A stretch of 64,000 nucleotides of DNA from Peptococcaceae bacterium (GTDB taxonomy: Bacteria; Bacillota; Desulfitobacteriia; Desulfitobacteriales; Syntrophobotulaceae), in the NCBI GenBank assembly GCA_009783315.1, contig WRHI01000003.1, positions 1,417-65,416 of the forward strand. The letters run 5' to 3'. Within the stretch, counting starts at the first letter, position 1; every line of letters begins with the position of its first letter. Of this stretch, positions 1 through 9,472 are shown in pieces. The translations under genes and the position numbers were made by a program. The notes under the pieces are model-generated. The model did not search any database and was not told the DNA's origin. It saw only the letters and a list, made by a program, of their open reading frames with translations.

Positions 1-803
1 TCGGCGGTTTCTTGCAAGAGCCTGCGGGCTTCTCTGAGTTCTTCCAGGTTGAGTCTTCTGATGAAGGTGAGCCGGTTGTCTTCTTGGTGGCGCAGAATGG
101 ATTGGGCGGCGTTGGTGAGTTTGACGGCGCTGTCCATGTGGGTTGAGGTGTCTTGGAGGATACGGTTCAGCCAGCCGGCTATGTCTTTGAGTCTTTGGAT
201 GCGGATGGTGATTCTGGTACCCTGGGCGCCGGCTGTGGCTTCTTGGGCTTGTTTGTAAAAGGATTCGGTTTTCCGGAGCATTTCGATGTATTCGGCCGTG
301 CGGTCGGCGGCGTTTTGTATATGTGAGTCCGGGCCCTTTTGGATCAGGTTCCATTGGATGCGGGCTATGGCGGCGTCGTCGCCTTCCCAGACCATGGCGT
401 CGATTTTGGCGTTCATGCGGTCGGTTCGTTCTATGGCGCTGTCCCGTTTCGTGGTTATGGTGTTGATGAGGGTTTTAAGGGCTGTCAGATCGACGATTAC
501 GGGTTTGTCGTCCGCCAGGGGTGGCGCGGAGACGTCCATGGTGTCGGCATGGATGAGGGCGCCTTGCTTGTAGTAGGTTACATAGGATTCGATGACGCCG
601 ACGCATTTGTTGGCGCTGGTGCCGGTGAAATCGCTTGTGATTTTGCTGTTGATAAGCTTGAGTTCGTTGGAGAGTTTGACCATTTTGCGGTCGATACGTT
701 CGAATTCATCGGTTTTCTGGATCACAGTGTGCGGGGGTACTGGTACACCGGCGGCCAGGGCGCTTTTGATGCTTTCTTCGATGGCTGCGTATATGTTCGA
801 CAT
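1..803 (-). CDS. hypothetical protein, 3' end runs off the window; possible WXG100-like helical segment
   Basis: Stop-free minus-strand frame from ATG (803-801) to the window edge, with GGAGGAG RBS at 808-814. Translation starts MSNIYAAIEESIKS. The segment AMVWEGDDAAIARIQWNLI...FYKQAQEA resembles a W-x-G helix-turn-helix. This ORF is not in the supplied track because it has no stop. Confidence 0.6.
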   Translation of the reverse strand, partial: MSNIYAAIEESIKSALAAGVPVPPHTVIQKTDEFERIDRKMVKLSNELKLINSKITSDFTGTSANKCVGVIESYVTYYKQGALIHADTMDVSAPPLADDKPVIVDLTALKTLINTITTKRDSAIERTDRMNAKIDAMVWEGDDAAIARIQWNLIQKGPDSHIQNAADRTAEYIEMLRKTESFYKQAQEATAGAQGTRITIRIQRLKDIAGWLNRILQDTSTHMDSAVKLTNAAQSILRHQEDNRLTFIRRLNLEELREARRLLQETA

Positions 804-924
804 GGCTCTCCTCCGTTAACGGTTTCCCCAATTGTCAGATATCAATTATCAGCTTTGCTGATATAGCTACATGATATCGTTGTCCCTATTGTCAATTTGT
901 CCACAGGCTGAAGGATATCAGCCC

Positions 925-951
925 TGTCCATTGTCCATTGTCCATTGTCCA
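925..951. repeat. tandem heptamer array (TGTCCAT) x ~4
   Basis: Direct reading gives tgtccat tgtccat tgtccat tgtcca. It is preceded by the small hairpin ggctga-aggata-tcagcc. Confidence 0.9.
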
Positions 952-1310
952 AAGGCGTGTTTGTTGATTTCGTTCATGGGGGGTTGTCCTTTTTGGCTGG
1001 TGCTACCGAAAAAAGCCGACATTAATCATGCAATCCGCTTCATGGTTTCGTATTCGTTGAATGGTGTTCAATTTCCTTTTTGCTCTCTGGATTATCTTGT
1101 TTCGGAAAATTTTGTATGATGACCAAAAGCGACATCGACGAAAGCGACATCGACGAACCCTTGAAATTGTCAAATTCCCGTAGTCAAACAAAAGACAGTT
1201 CAAAGCAAGCGCTGAGAACCGTCTTTGTCACAAAGTGTTTCTATTTCAGTCCCGGTCTTAAAATGCAGAGGGTATCAGCCCTGCCTATTGCCCATTGAAA
1301 AAGCCCATTG

Positions 1311-4300
1311 TTAATTGGAAAAGTCCATATCCGCCAGCCTTTTATAAGCCATGTAACGGTCGTGAGCGGCTTTTTCGGCGCCGGCGAACATTTCTTCGGC
1401 TGTTTCGGGGAAGGTGTTTTGCAGGGACGTGTAGCGGACTTCGCTCATAAGGAAGTCTCTGAAGGGGGTGCTGGGGGCTTTGGAGTCGAGGAGGAAGGGG
1501 TTTTTGCCTTGGTTCTGGAGGATGGGGTTATAGCGGTAGAGGTGCCAGTAGCCTGAGGTTACAGCCCGGTCAGCCTGACCGAGACAGTCGGACATGCCGC
1601 TGACGATGCCGTGGTTGATGCAGGGGGCGTAGGCGATAATCAAGGAGGGGCCGGGGTAGGCCTCGGCTTCTTGGATGGCCCGGAGAGTCTGGGTGTAGCT
1701 TGAGCCGAGGGAGATTTGGGCCACGTAGACGTAGCCGTAGGACATGGCCATCATGCCCAGGTCTTTTTTACGGATCTGTTTGCCGGCGGTGGCGAATTTG
1801 GCTACCGCCGCGTGAGGGGTGGCTTTGGAGGATTGGCCGCCGGTGTTGGAGTAGACTTCGGTGTCCATGACCAGCAGGTTGACGTCGTCGCCGGAGGCGA
1901 TGACATGATCAAGGCCGGCGAAGCCAATGTCGTAGGCCCAACCGTCGCCGCCGACGAGCCAGACAGATTTTTTGGTGAAGATGTCTTTTTTGGACCAGAT
2001 TTTGGCCATGAGAGGTCTGACGCTTAGGTCAATGTCGCCGTCAAGCTGGGCGCGGGCAAAGATGGCCAGGGCTTTGTCGGAGGCGGTCCGGGATTCTTCG
2101 CCTCGATCTTTGACGTTCAGCCATTCCTGGAAGGCTGTTTTGAGCTCGTCGGGTAGGGTTTCTGTGCGGATGGCTTCCGCGATTTCGTCAGCCAGTTTGG
2201 CCCGTTGTTGCTCGACGCCCAGATACATGCCGTAGCCGTATTCGGCGTTGTCTTCGAAGAGAGAGTTGCCCCAGCAGGGACCTTGGCCTTTGGCGTTGAC
2301 AGTGTATGGGTTGGAGGGCGCGCTGCCGCCCCAGATCATGCTGCAGCCGGTGGCGTTGGCGATCATCATGCGGTCACCATACAGCTGGGTTAACAGTTTG
2401 ATGTAGGCGGTTTCGCCGCAGCCGGGACAGGCGCCGGAGAATTCGACGAGGGGCTGGATGAACTGACTGTTTTTGACGGAGAATTTGTTGGTGATAAGGT
2501 TATCTTTGGGTGTCAGGGTGACCGCGTGTTCCCAGTTGGCATGTTGTATGGCTGTTTGTTCCATGGCCGGTTTCATGACCAGGGCCTTGTTGTTTTGGCG
2601 GCCCGGACAGATTTCTGCGCAGTTGCCGCAGCCTGTGCAGTCCAAGGGACTGAGCTGGATGCGGTATGTGTGTCCGGCCAGTTCTTTGCCGGTAGCAGGC
2701 AGAGAGGTGAATGCGTCCGGAGCGTTGGCGGCTTCTGTTTCGTCCAGCAGGAACGGCCGGATACAGGCGTGGGGACAGATGTAGGCGCATTGGTTGCATT
2801 GAATGCAGTGTTCGGGGATCCATTCGGGAACGATGACGGCGATGCCGCGTTTTTCATAGGCGCTGGTGCCGGGGGGATAGGAGCCGTCTTCCATGCCGGT
2901 AAAGGCGCTGACGGGCAGGTTGTCGCCTTCTTGGGCGGCCATGACCCGGAGAATGTCTTTAATGAAGGGGGCGTCGTCGTTGTTACCCAGGAAGATGCCG
3001 TCGTTTGGGTTGGCTTTGAACCAGGCGGCTGGAATGTCGATTGGGTCTAGGGCGGTGATGCCGGCATCCACGGCGGCGTTGTTCATGTCGACGATGGCCT
3101 GGCCTTTGCGGGCGTAGGTTTTGACGACGGAGTCTTTGAGATGAGCGACAGCTTGGTCGGTGGGGATAACGTGGGTCAGGCTGAAGAAGGCGGATTGCAT
3201 TATCATGTTGATGCGGCCGCCTAAGCCGAGCTGGCGCGCGATTTTGACGGCGTCAATGGTGTAGAATTTGACTTTTTTGTCGGCGATTTCTCGTTTGAGG
3301 GCGCCGGGGAGATGGGTTTCCAGATCCGCCGGTGTCCATTGGCAGTTGAGGACGAAGATGCCGCCGGGTTTTAGAGCTTTGATCAGGTTGTATTTGGTGA
3401 CGTAGGATTGGTTGTGGCAGCCGACATAGTCGGCGCTGTTGACAAGATAGGGGGCTCTGATTGGGGTTTTGCCGAAACGCAGATGAGAGACTGTTGTGCC
3501 GCCGGATTTTTTGCTGTCGTAGGAGAAATAGGCTTGGGCATAAAGATCGGTGTTGTCGCCGATGATTTTGATGGCTTGTTTGTTGGCGCCCACCGTGCCG
3601 TCAGCCCCGAGCCCCCAGAATTGGCAGCTGATGGTGTCCGCGGGCATGAGGTCAATGAATTCCCGCTGGGGCAGGGAGAGGTGGGTGACGTCGTCAACAA
3701 TGCCAAGGGTGAAGCCGTCCTTGGGGGCGTCTTGTTTGAGGTTGTCAAAGACCGAGAGGATGTGGGAAGGGGTGGTTTCTTTGGAAGCCAACCCGAAACG
3801 GCCCCCGATAATGGTGACGTTTCTTTGGGGCTGGTTTCTGGAGAAGGCGCCGACAACGTCAAGATAGAGGGGTTCGCCCAGGGAGCCGGGTTCTTTGGTG
3901 CGGTCGAGAACGGCGATTTTCTTGACGGTGGCGGGAATGGCGGCGCAGAGGTGTTCGGCGGAGAAGGGGCGGTAGAGGCGGACTTTGATAAGGCCGACTT
4001 TTTCCCCTTGTTTGTTCATGTAGTCAACGGTTTCGCTGATGGTGTCGCAGACAGAACCCATGGCTATGACGACATGTTCGGCGTCGGGGGCGCCGTGGTA
4101 TTGGAAGAGCTGGTATTCGCGGCCTGTGAGGGCTTGGTATTTTTGCATAGTGGCAGCGACGATGCCGGGCACGGCGTCATGGAAGCGGTTGGAGGATTCC
4201 CGGTGCTGGAAGTAGATGTCCGGGTTGGCCGCCGTGCCTCGCAGGCAGGGGCGTTCCGGATTGAGGGCGTTAGCCCGGAAGGCTTGCAAGGCTTCGTGGT

Positions 4301-4883
4301 TGAGCAGCGTGGCGACTTCGTCGTAGTCGGGGGCGCTGATTTTTTGGATTTCGTGGGAGGTGCGGAAGCCGTCAAAGAAGTGCAGGAAGGGTATGCGGCT
4401 TTCGATGGAGCAGAGATGGGCGAGATAGCCGAGGTCGAGGGCTTCTTGAACGCTGGTTGAGGATAGCATGGCAAAGCCGGTTTGGCGTGTTGACATGACG
4501 TCCTGGTGGTCGCCGAAGATGGAGAGGGCGTTGGCTGCCAGAGCCCGGGCGCTGACATGGAAGACCGTGGGCAGGAGCTCGCCGGCGATTTTGTACATGT
4601 TGGGGATCATCAGAAGGAGACCTTGGGAGGCGGTGTAGGTGGTGGTGAGGGCGCCCGCTTGCAGGGAGCCGTGCAGGGTGCCGGCGGCGCCGCCTTCGGA
4701 GTGCATTTCAATGACTTTGACGGTTTGTCCGAAGATGTTTTTCTTGCCGTAAGCGGCCCATTCGTCAACAAATTCCGCCATGGTTGAGGATGGGGTGATC
4801 GGGTATATGGCGGCGACTTCTGAGAAGGCGTAGGAGGCGTAAGCAGCGGCTTCGTTGCCGTCCATTGTTTTCATTGTGGCCAT
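1311..4883 (-). CDS. nifJ: pyruvate:ferredoxin (flavodoxin) oxidoreductase
   Basis: 1190 aa ORF. It has two 4Fe-4S ferredoxin motifs (CIQCNQCAYICP, CTGCGNCAEICP), a C-terminal TPP-binding GGDGWAYDIG motif and a typical MDGNEAAA...YPITPSS N-terminus. GGAG RBS upstream. Confidence 0.95.
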   Translation of the reverse strand: MATMKTMDGNEAAAYASYAFSEVAAIYPITPSSTMAEFVDEWAAYGKKNIFGQTVKVIEMHSEGGAAGTLHGSLQAGALTTTYTASQGLLLMIPNMYKIAGELLPTVFHVSARALAANALSIFGDHQDVMSTRQTGFAMLSSTSVQEALDLGYLAHLCSIESRIPFLHFFDGFRTSHEIQKISAPDYDEVATLLNHEALQAFRANALNPERPCLRGTAANPDIYFQHRESSNRFHDAVPGIVAATMQKYQALTGREYQLFQYHGAPDAEHVVIAMGSVCDTISETVDYMNKQGEKVGLIKVRLYRPFSAEHLCAAIPATVKKIAVLDRTKEPGSLGEPLYLDVVGAFSRNQPQRNVTIIGGRFGLASKETTPSHILSVFDNLKQDAPKDGFTLGIVDDVTHLSLPQREFIDLMPADTISCQFWGLGADGTVGANKQAIKIIGDNTDLYAQAYFSYDSKKSGGTTVSHLRFGKTPIRAPYLVNSADYVGCHNQSYVTKYNLIKALKPGGIFVLNCQWTPADLETHLPGALKREIADKKVKFYTIDAVKIARQLGLGGRINMIMQSAFFSLTHVIPTDQAVAHLKDSVVKTYARKGQAIVDMNNAAVDAGITALDPIDIPAAWFKANPNDGIFLGNNDDAPFIKDILRVMAAQEGDNLPVSAFTGMEDGSYPPGTSAYEKRGIAVIVPEWIPEHCIQCNQCAYICPHACIRPFLLDETEAANAPDAFTSLPATGKELAGHTYRIQLSPLDCTGCGNCAEICPGRQNNKALVMKPAMEQTAIQHANWEHAVTLTPKDNLITNKFSVKNSQFIQPLVEFSGACPGCGETAYIKLLTQLYGDRMMIANATGCSMIWGGSAPSNPYTVNAKGQGPCWGNSLFEDNAEYGYGMYLGVEQQRAKLADEIAEAIRTETLPDELKTAFQEWLNVKDRGEESRTASDKALAIFARAQLDGDIDLSVRPLMAKIWSKKDIFTKKSVWLVGGDGWAYDIGFAGLDHVIASGDDVNLLVMDTEVYSNTGGQSSKATPHAAVAKFATAGKQIRKKDLGMMAMSYGYVYVAQISLGSSYTQTLRAIQEAEAYPGPSLIIAYAPCINHGIVSGMSDCLGQADRAVTSGYWHLYRYNPILQNQGKNPFLLDSKAPSTPFRDFLMSEVRYTSLQNTFPETAEEMFAGAEKAAHDRYMAYKRLADMDFSN

Positions 4884-5197
4884 GGTTGAGTTTCTCCTCC
4901 GTTCATAAATGTTTAAAATAGATATGTTTATTATAGTCGGTTGCTAAAATCTCTATGTAAGCGCGGCTTTTGGTATGATCGGAATAATTCGCGGCTTAGC
5001 AAATAATTTCGGCAACTTCCTATTAGGGAGAAGTATACCATGAGGGATGGTGGTTGTCGAGTTTCGGATGACGAAGGTGCGGGGGGCGGAGGGGGCGACG
5101 AGTATGAGGTGCCCTGTTGCGGTTTTTCTTTGGGTTATGGCCATTAGGGTTTGGCAAGAATAGAGTATAGAAAAGCTTTGTATGGGAGGGTTTGCCT

Positions 5198-5449
5198 GTG
5201 ATTAGGCTGAAAGATTTCAGCAACCAGACTGTTTCGGACACTGTGTTTCCTAAATGTGTGTTGTGTCGGTCAACACCGGGAAAAGGGATTGTTGGCGGTC
5301 AGTTGGTGGCGCGCCGGTTCTTTTGTGATGATTGTTTAGCTGATATGATACGGCTTTCTCCTAAAGACGCGTCGTATAATGACGTCCTGAATGGGTTGGA
5401 TGGTTTGGGCTCGGCGGTTTTGCGGCAAGTCTACCGTGATTGCTATTAA
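5198..5449 (+). CDS. csfB: sigma-G inhibitor Gin (CsfB) family zinc-binding protein
   Basis: Small ORF with paired CxxC motifs (CVLC...CDDC). It sits directly upstream of the yaaO-like decarboxylase, as csfB does in B. subtilis. GTG at 5198 lies 8 nt after GGGAGGG; the track start TTG 5192 is too close to the RBS. Confidence 0.6.
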   Translation: MIRLKDFSNQTVSDTVFPKCVLCRSTPGKGIVGGQLVARRFFCDDCLADMIRLSPKDASYNDVLNGLDGLGSAVLRQVYRDCY

Positions 5450-5529
5450 TATGATATATTTAGAGAGGTATTCTACATCTAGCCGCTGTTCATCAGTTTG
5501 TTGCGGCGTTTTTTGCTAAGGGGGATACT

Positions 5530-7017
5530 ATGGCGGTATCCATGCGGGATGCGTCGTCTGAGTATTTAGCGTACGGGAGGATTTCTTTTCATACACCCGG
5601 CCATAAGGGTCGGCTTGAGTTTTTTGATGGGCTGAGGTTTCCTCAAGGCGACTTGACGGAACTGCCTGAGCTTGATTGTTTGGCTGTGCCTAAAGGAATC
5701 TTGGCGGAGGCGCAAAGCCGGGCTGCGCTGGCTTATGGCGCGGAGGAGACGTTTTATTTGGTGAATGGGGCGACAGCGGGAAATTTGGCCTTGCTGTTGG
5801 CGCTGGCTGGGCGTGTTTGTGAAGGGGAGAAGGGCGGCTGTCAGGTGGGCGGCGGTTGTGGTGTGGGCGACATTCGTGAGACGGTTGGGTCCCGGGATGG
5901 CTGTGTCTATGTGAGCAGAACCGCACATCGCTCGGTTTTGTCGGCTTTTGTGCTTTCTGGACTGACCCCGTGTTATGTTTTGCCGGTGATGCATCCGGAT
6001 TTTGCGCTGCCCCTTGGCGCTGAGGCTGAGGATTTTTGGCGGGGAGAGGATAAGACGCTGGCTGTTCATGTGACGTGTCCGGTTTATTATGGGTCGGCTT
6101 TGGACATGCCGGGGCTTTTGACTTTGCGGGATGAACTGGGGGGGCGTACGCCGGTTCTGGTGGATCAGGCCCATGGCGCCCATTGGCGGTGTGGTCTTTT
6201 TCCGCCGAATGCTGTGGAGTTGGGCGCTGATGGGGTTGTGCACAGTGTGCATAAGACTTTGGCCGGACTAACGCAGAGCGCGTTGTTGCATGCCCAGGGT
6301 TCGAGGCTTGACCGGCGTGTGTTGGCTCAGGCTTTGGCGATGGTGCAGTCTTCCAGCCCCAGTTACCTGTTGATGGCTTCATTGGACGCGGCGGTTGCCC
6401 AGGGGGAGATGGCTGGTGTTTGGCGGGATTTGCTGGCGGAGGCCCAGAGGCTGCGTGAGGATCTTGCCGATGTTTATCGTGTTCTGGGGGATAAGGATGT
6501 GGGGTCTTACGGCGTTGCGGCGCTGGATGGTTCCAAAATCCTGGTTAATACGCGGCCCTTGGGTGTTTCTGCCGGGGCTGTGGCTGGGGCGCTGCGTCGG
6601 GAGTTTGGGATTGAGCCGGAGTTTTGGGATGAAGAGAATATTTTGTTTGTGCTGGGTGTGGGTAACAGACCCGAGGATGTCGGAATGCTGCGCCGGGCGC
6701 TGCTTAAGCTGGCGGATCAATCCAGGGGCGTCGGGGCGCGACTTGAATCCTCGCAGGCGCGATCTTCGACCTTCGGACTTTCGTGTTCTCCCCCCATGCG
6801 GTTGACGCCGCGGGAAGCTTGGCTGGCGCCGCGGCGGTTGCTGGCTTTGGGGGACTGTTTGGGCCAAGTTGCCGCGGAGACCCTTGTGACGTATCCGCCG
6901 GGTGTACCTCTTGTTATTGCCGGAGAAGAGATTACGGAAGAGGTTATGTGCGGTGTTGCGTCGAATCCGCTTTTGCGGGAGTGTTCTTCGTTGTATGTGG
7001 TTGACGGTATCTTGTAA
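5530..7017 (+). CDS. Orn/Lys/Arg decarboxylase family PLP enzyme (YaaO-like)
   Basis: 495 aa with N-terminal FHTPGHKG and the PLP-lysine motif SVHKTLAGLTQS. Synteny matches B. subtilis yaaO. Contains a Gly/Cys-rich low-complexity insert (CEGEKGGCQVGGGCGVGD). Confidence 0.85.
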   Translation: MAVSMRDASSEYLAYGRISFHTPGHKGRLEFFDGLRFPQGDLTELPELDCLAVPKGILAEAQSRAALAYGAEETFYLVNGATAGNLALLLALAGRVCEGEKGGCQVGGGCGVGDIRETVGSRDGCVYVSRTAHRSVLSAFVLSGLTPCYVLPVMHPDFALPLGAEAEDFWRGEDKTLAVHVTCPVYYGSALDMPGLLTLRDELGGRTPVLVDQAHGAHWRCGLFPPNAVELGADGVVHSVHKTLAGLTQSALLHAQGSRLDRRVLAQALAMVQSSSPSYLLMASLDAAVAQGEMAGVWRDLLAEAQRLREDLADVYRVLGDKDVGSYGVAALDGSKILVNTRPLGVSAGAVAGALRREFGIEPEFWDEENILFVLGVGNRPEDVGMLRRALLKLADQSRGVGARLESSQARSSTFGLSCSPPMRLTPREAWLAPRRLLALGDCLGQVAAETLVTYPPGVPLVIAGEEITEEVMCGVASNPLLRECSSLYVVDGIL

Positions 7018-7096
7018 GGGCGGTTCGATGATTGTATTTCAGTATACAGTATTCGGTGTTCGGTATTAATTCCAATGAGAGTAGGTCGTAGGCGTT

Positions 7097-7450
7097 ATGG
7101 AGGATTTCAATTATGGCGGTTTCGTCGCCACCAAAAGTGTTAGGGATGGTAAGCCTATTGGTTTCATGTTCCGGGAAGAGTCGCCGTTTGTGCATTTGAA
7201 CGGTTGGTACCTTTTTGCGGTGGAAGATGATGATGAGTTGGTGAAGGATCCGGAGAATTTTGTTATGCTGGATGGGGCTGAAATTCGTGGATTGGCGCCG
7301 GCTGTTCTGGATATTTACAACGCTGCTTTTGGCACGGAAGTGAGCTGGATTTATGAAGAGGGCGTCCATTCTGGGTTTTATGATCTAAAGAATGAGTGTA
7401 TGACGACGGTGGAGGAAATTCTTGGGAGACGTTATGGGCGGGAAAGATAA
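7097..7450 (+). CDS. hypothetical protein, DUF2185-like
   Basis: 117 aa ORF. The pattern GGFVATKSV.DGKPIGFMFREE...NGWYLF...DPENF...APAVLDIY resembles DUF2185 as I remember it. No search was possible. Confidence 0.45.
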   Translation: MEDFNYGGFVATKSVRDGKPIGFMFREESPFVHLNGWYLFAVEDDDELVKDPENFVMLDGAEIRGLAPAVLDIYNAAFGTEVSWIYEEGVHSGFYDLKNECMTTVEEILGRRYGRER

Positions 7451-8351
7451 CGCTATCGGGTATTTTTGGGAGGCGATCCGGAAAGGCCAGGTTGCGCATT
7501 TTTATCTGTTTCATGGAGAGATAGGACGCCATAGGGAGCAGGCTCTTGCTTTGGCGGCCACGTTGAATTGTCTTAAGAAGCACACCGTTGTACAAAAGAG
7601 TGATGTGAGGGATCGGCTGTATTGTGGAGAGTGTTTAGCTTGCCGGAAGATTTTTGGCGGCTGCCATCCCGATGTGGAGTTTATCGGGCCGGCTAAGTCT
7701 TCGGTTGGCATTGAGCAGATCGTGTCTTTGCAAAAGAAGGTTTCGCGCAAGCCCTATGAAGGGTTGTATCAGATCTATGTTATCGAGGAGGCGGAGAAAT
7801 TAACTTTGCCGGCGGCGAATGCGCTGCTGGTTACAGCTGAGGAGCCGTCCGCCCAGACTGTCCTTATTTTGAGTTGTGTCAGCGATGGGGCTGTTTTGCC
7901 GACGTTGCGCAGCAGGGCCAGGGCCGTTTATTTTTCCCCTGAGGATGATCGTTTGGTTCGTGATGATGCGACCGGTTTGGATCCGGATTGGGAAGAAGCT
8001 TGGCGGCTGAGCGGCGGCAATGCGGTTCTGGCACGGGAGGCGGCGCGGGTTGGTGTTTCGGTGCTGCGAAATTTGACTGAGGGGTATGAGACGGCGGTGA
8101 ACACGGGGGATTTCTTGCGGTTGTTCGCGTTGTTTCCGTTGGAGCGAGAAGTTGCGCTGGTTTGGCTTCAGGTTATGGGGGCAAGCGTCTTGGAAGGTGG
8201 AAGACGGGAAACGTCTTTATCTGACATCCCATTTTTCACTTCTCACATCCCTACGGCTATTCAGGCTTTGCAACGACAGGCTGATGTGCGCTTAACTGTT
8301 GAGGTGCTGGCCTTAAAACATATGAGGAGGCTTGGTTTATGGCAAAAGTGA
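7434..8351 (+). CDS. holB: DNA polymerase III delta' subunit
   Basis: Motifs HFYLFHGE, CGECLACRKI..GCHPDV, AANALL...EEP and TLRSRA are present. Synteny is holB-yaaT-yabA. The ATG at 7434 is preferred over the track TTG at 7422. Confidence 0.85.
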   Translation: MGGKDNAIGYFWEAIRKGQVAHFYLFHGEIGRHREQALALAATLNCLKKHTVVQKSDVRDRLYCGECLACRKIFGGCHPDVEFIGPAKSSVGIEQIVSLQKKVSRKPYEGLYQIYVIEEAEKLTLPAANALLVTAEEPSAQTVLILSCVSDGAVLPTLRSRARAVYFSPEDDRLVRDDATGLDPDWEEAWRLSGGNAVLAREAARVGVSVLRNLTEGYETAVNTGDFLRLFALFPLEREVALVWLQVMGASVLEGGRRETSLSDIPFFTSHIPTAIQALQRQADVRLTVEVLALKHMRRLGLWQK

Positions 8352-9067
8352 TTGGGGTGCGTTTTAAAAAGGCCGGTAAGATATATTATTTTCTGCCGGG
8401 TAACCTGGTTCTGGAGCTCAATGATCCGGTTATTGTTGAAACTTCGCGGGGGACTGAGTATGGTCTGGTGGTGCTGCCGCAGCGGGATATTCCGGAGTGT
8501 CAGCTGGTTTCTCCTCTGAAAATGGTGACGCGGAAAGCGACGTCTGAGGATATAAGGCAAAATGATTTGAATGGGGAAAAGGAGAAGGATGCTTTTCAGA
8601 TCTGTCTCAAAAAAATCGCCACCCATAATATGCCGATGAAGCTTATCGATGTCGAGTATACTTTTGATAACAGCAAATTGATTTTTTCTTTTACAGCTGA
8701 GGGGCGGGTGGATTTCCGGGAGCTGGTTAAGGATCTGGCGTCGGTTTTTCGTACGCGCATCGAACTCAGGCAGATTGGGGTGCGCGATGAGGCTAAGATG
8801 TTGGGTGGCTGCGGCAGCTGCGGTCGTGAGTTGTGCTGTTCTTCGTTTTTGGGGGATTTTGAGCCGGTGTCGATCCGTATGGCAAAGGGGCAGAATCTTT
8901 CGTTAAACCCGACGAAGATTTCCGGTATCTGCGGACGTTTGATGTGTTGCCTGAAGTATGAAAACGGCACCTATGACAGTGAAGGTGAAGATGTGGTTCT
9001 AGAACAGTTGACAGTTGACAGCGGACAATCAGGGACAGGAGGAAAGAGGCCGGACCATTCAGACTAA
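8339..9067 (+). CDS. ricT: PSP1 domain protein RicT (YaaT), stage 0 sporulation
   Basis: N-terminus reads VIGVRFKKAGKIYYF, with a C-terminal Cys cluster GGCGSCGRELCCSSFL...CGRLMCCLKYE. Overlaps the holB stop. Confidence 0.9.
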   Translation: MAKVIGVRFKKAGKIYYFLPGNLVLELNDPVIVETSRGTEYGLVVLPQRDIPECQLVSPLKMVTRKATSEDIRQNDLNGEKEKDAFQICLKKIATHNMPMKLIDVEYTFDNSKLIFSFTAEGRVDFRELVKDLASVFRTRIELRQIGVRDEAKMLGGCGSCGRELCCSSFLGDFEPVSIRMAKGQNLSLNPTKISGICGRLMCCLKYENGTYDSEGEDVVLEQLTVDSGQSGTGGKRPDHSD

Positions 9068-9113
9068 CGTCTTCGAACAGATTTACTTGGTAAGAAGTCA
9101 AAACGGAATTCTT

Positions 9114-9141
9114 AATTGTCAATTGTCAATTGTCAATTGCC
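9114..9141. repeat. tandem heptamer array (AATTGTC) x 4
   Basis: Reads aattgtc aattgtc aattgtc aattgcc. It is followed immediately by the caagggggg RBS-like G-run and the yabA start. Confidence 0.9.
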
Positions 9142-9157
9142 CAAGGGGGGTGGGGTT

Positions 9158-9472
9158 TTGGGACAGTTTTCTCAGGCAATGGCGGAAGTTGAGGAGAATT
9201 TGACCAAGCTGTTGACAGAGATCAGCAGGATCAGGCATTATATTGATTCGCTGGAGGATGAGAATCTGCGGCTGAAACGGCAGCTGTGTGCTTTGTCCGA
9301 CGCGGAAACCGAGCGGGTTCAGAATAACGCTAATCTGATTCGGGAGCAGGCGCGGGAAAATTTGGATAAGTTGTATACGGAGGGGTTTCACGTTTGCCAT
9401 ATTTATTTTGGAGAACCGCTGGATGGGGTTTGTCTCTTTTGCAGCGCGTTTTTGCACAATGAACAAGATTGA
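9158..9472 (+). CDS. yabA: DNA replication initiation control protein YabA
   Basis: Coiled-coil N-terminus (LEDENLRLKRQL) and C-terminal zinc motif HVCHIYFGEP..GVCLFC, with conserved synteny. The start is uncertain: TTG 9158 lies 7 nt after the G-run RBS, with ATG 9179 as the alternative. The track start 9116 lies inside the heptamer array. Confidence 0.8.
   Translation: MGQFSQAMAEVEENLTKLLTEISRIRHYIDSLEDENLRLKRQLCALSDAETERVQNNANLIREQARENLDKLYTEGFHVCHIYFGEPLDGVCLFCSAFLHNEQD

Noticed and set aside
3408-4460. 350 aa + strand ORF and many other ORFs of 60-170 aa antisense to nifJ
   Set aside because: These are shadow ORFs inside a well-supported 1190 aa PFOR gene. The peptides are low in complexity and rich in G, A and V, as is typical of the antisense frame of GC-rich genes. 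The same reasoning applies to 5566-6382, 20876-21616, 39813-40317, 45784-46374 and 55851-56522.
5100-5197. Sigma-F-type promoter upstream of csfB/gin (GGCAAGAATA as the -10)
   Set aside because: The -10-like element fits GGnnAnAnT, but no convincing -35 lies at the right spacing. This is too weak to annotate.
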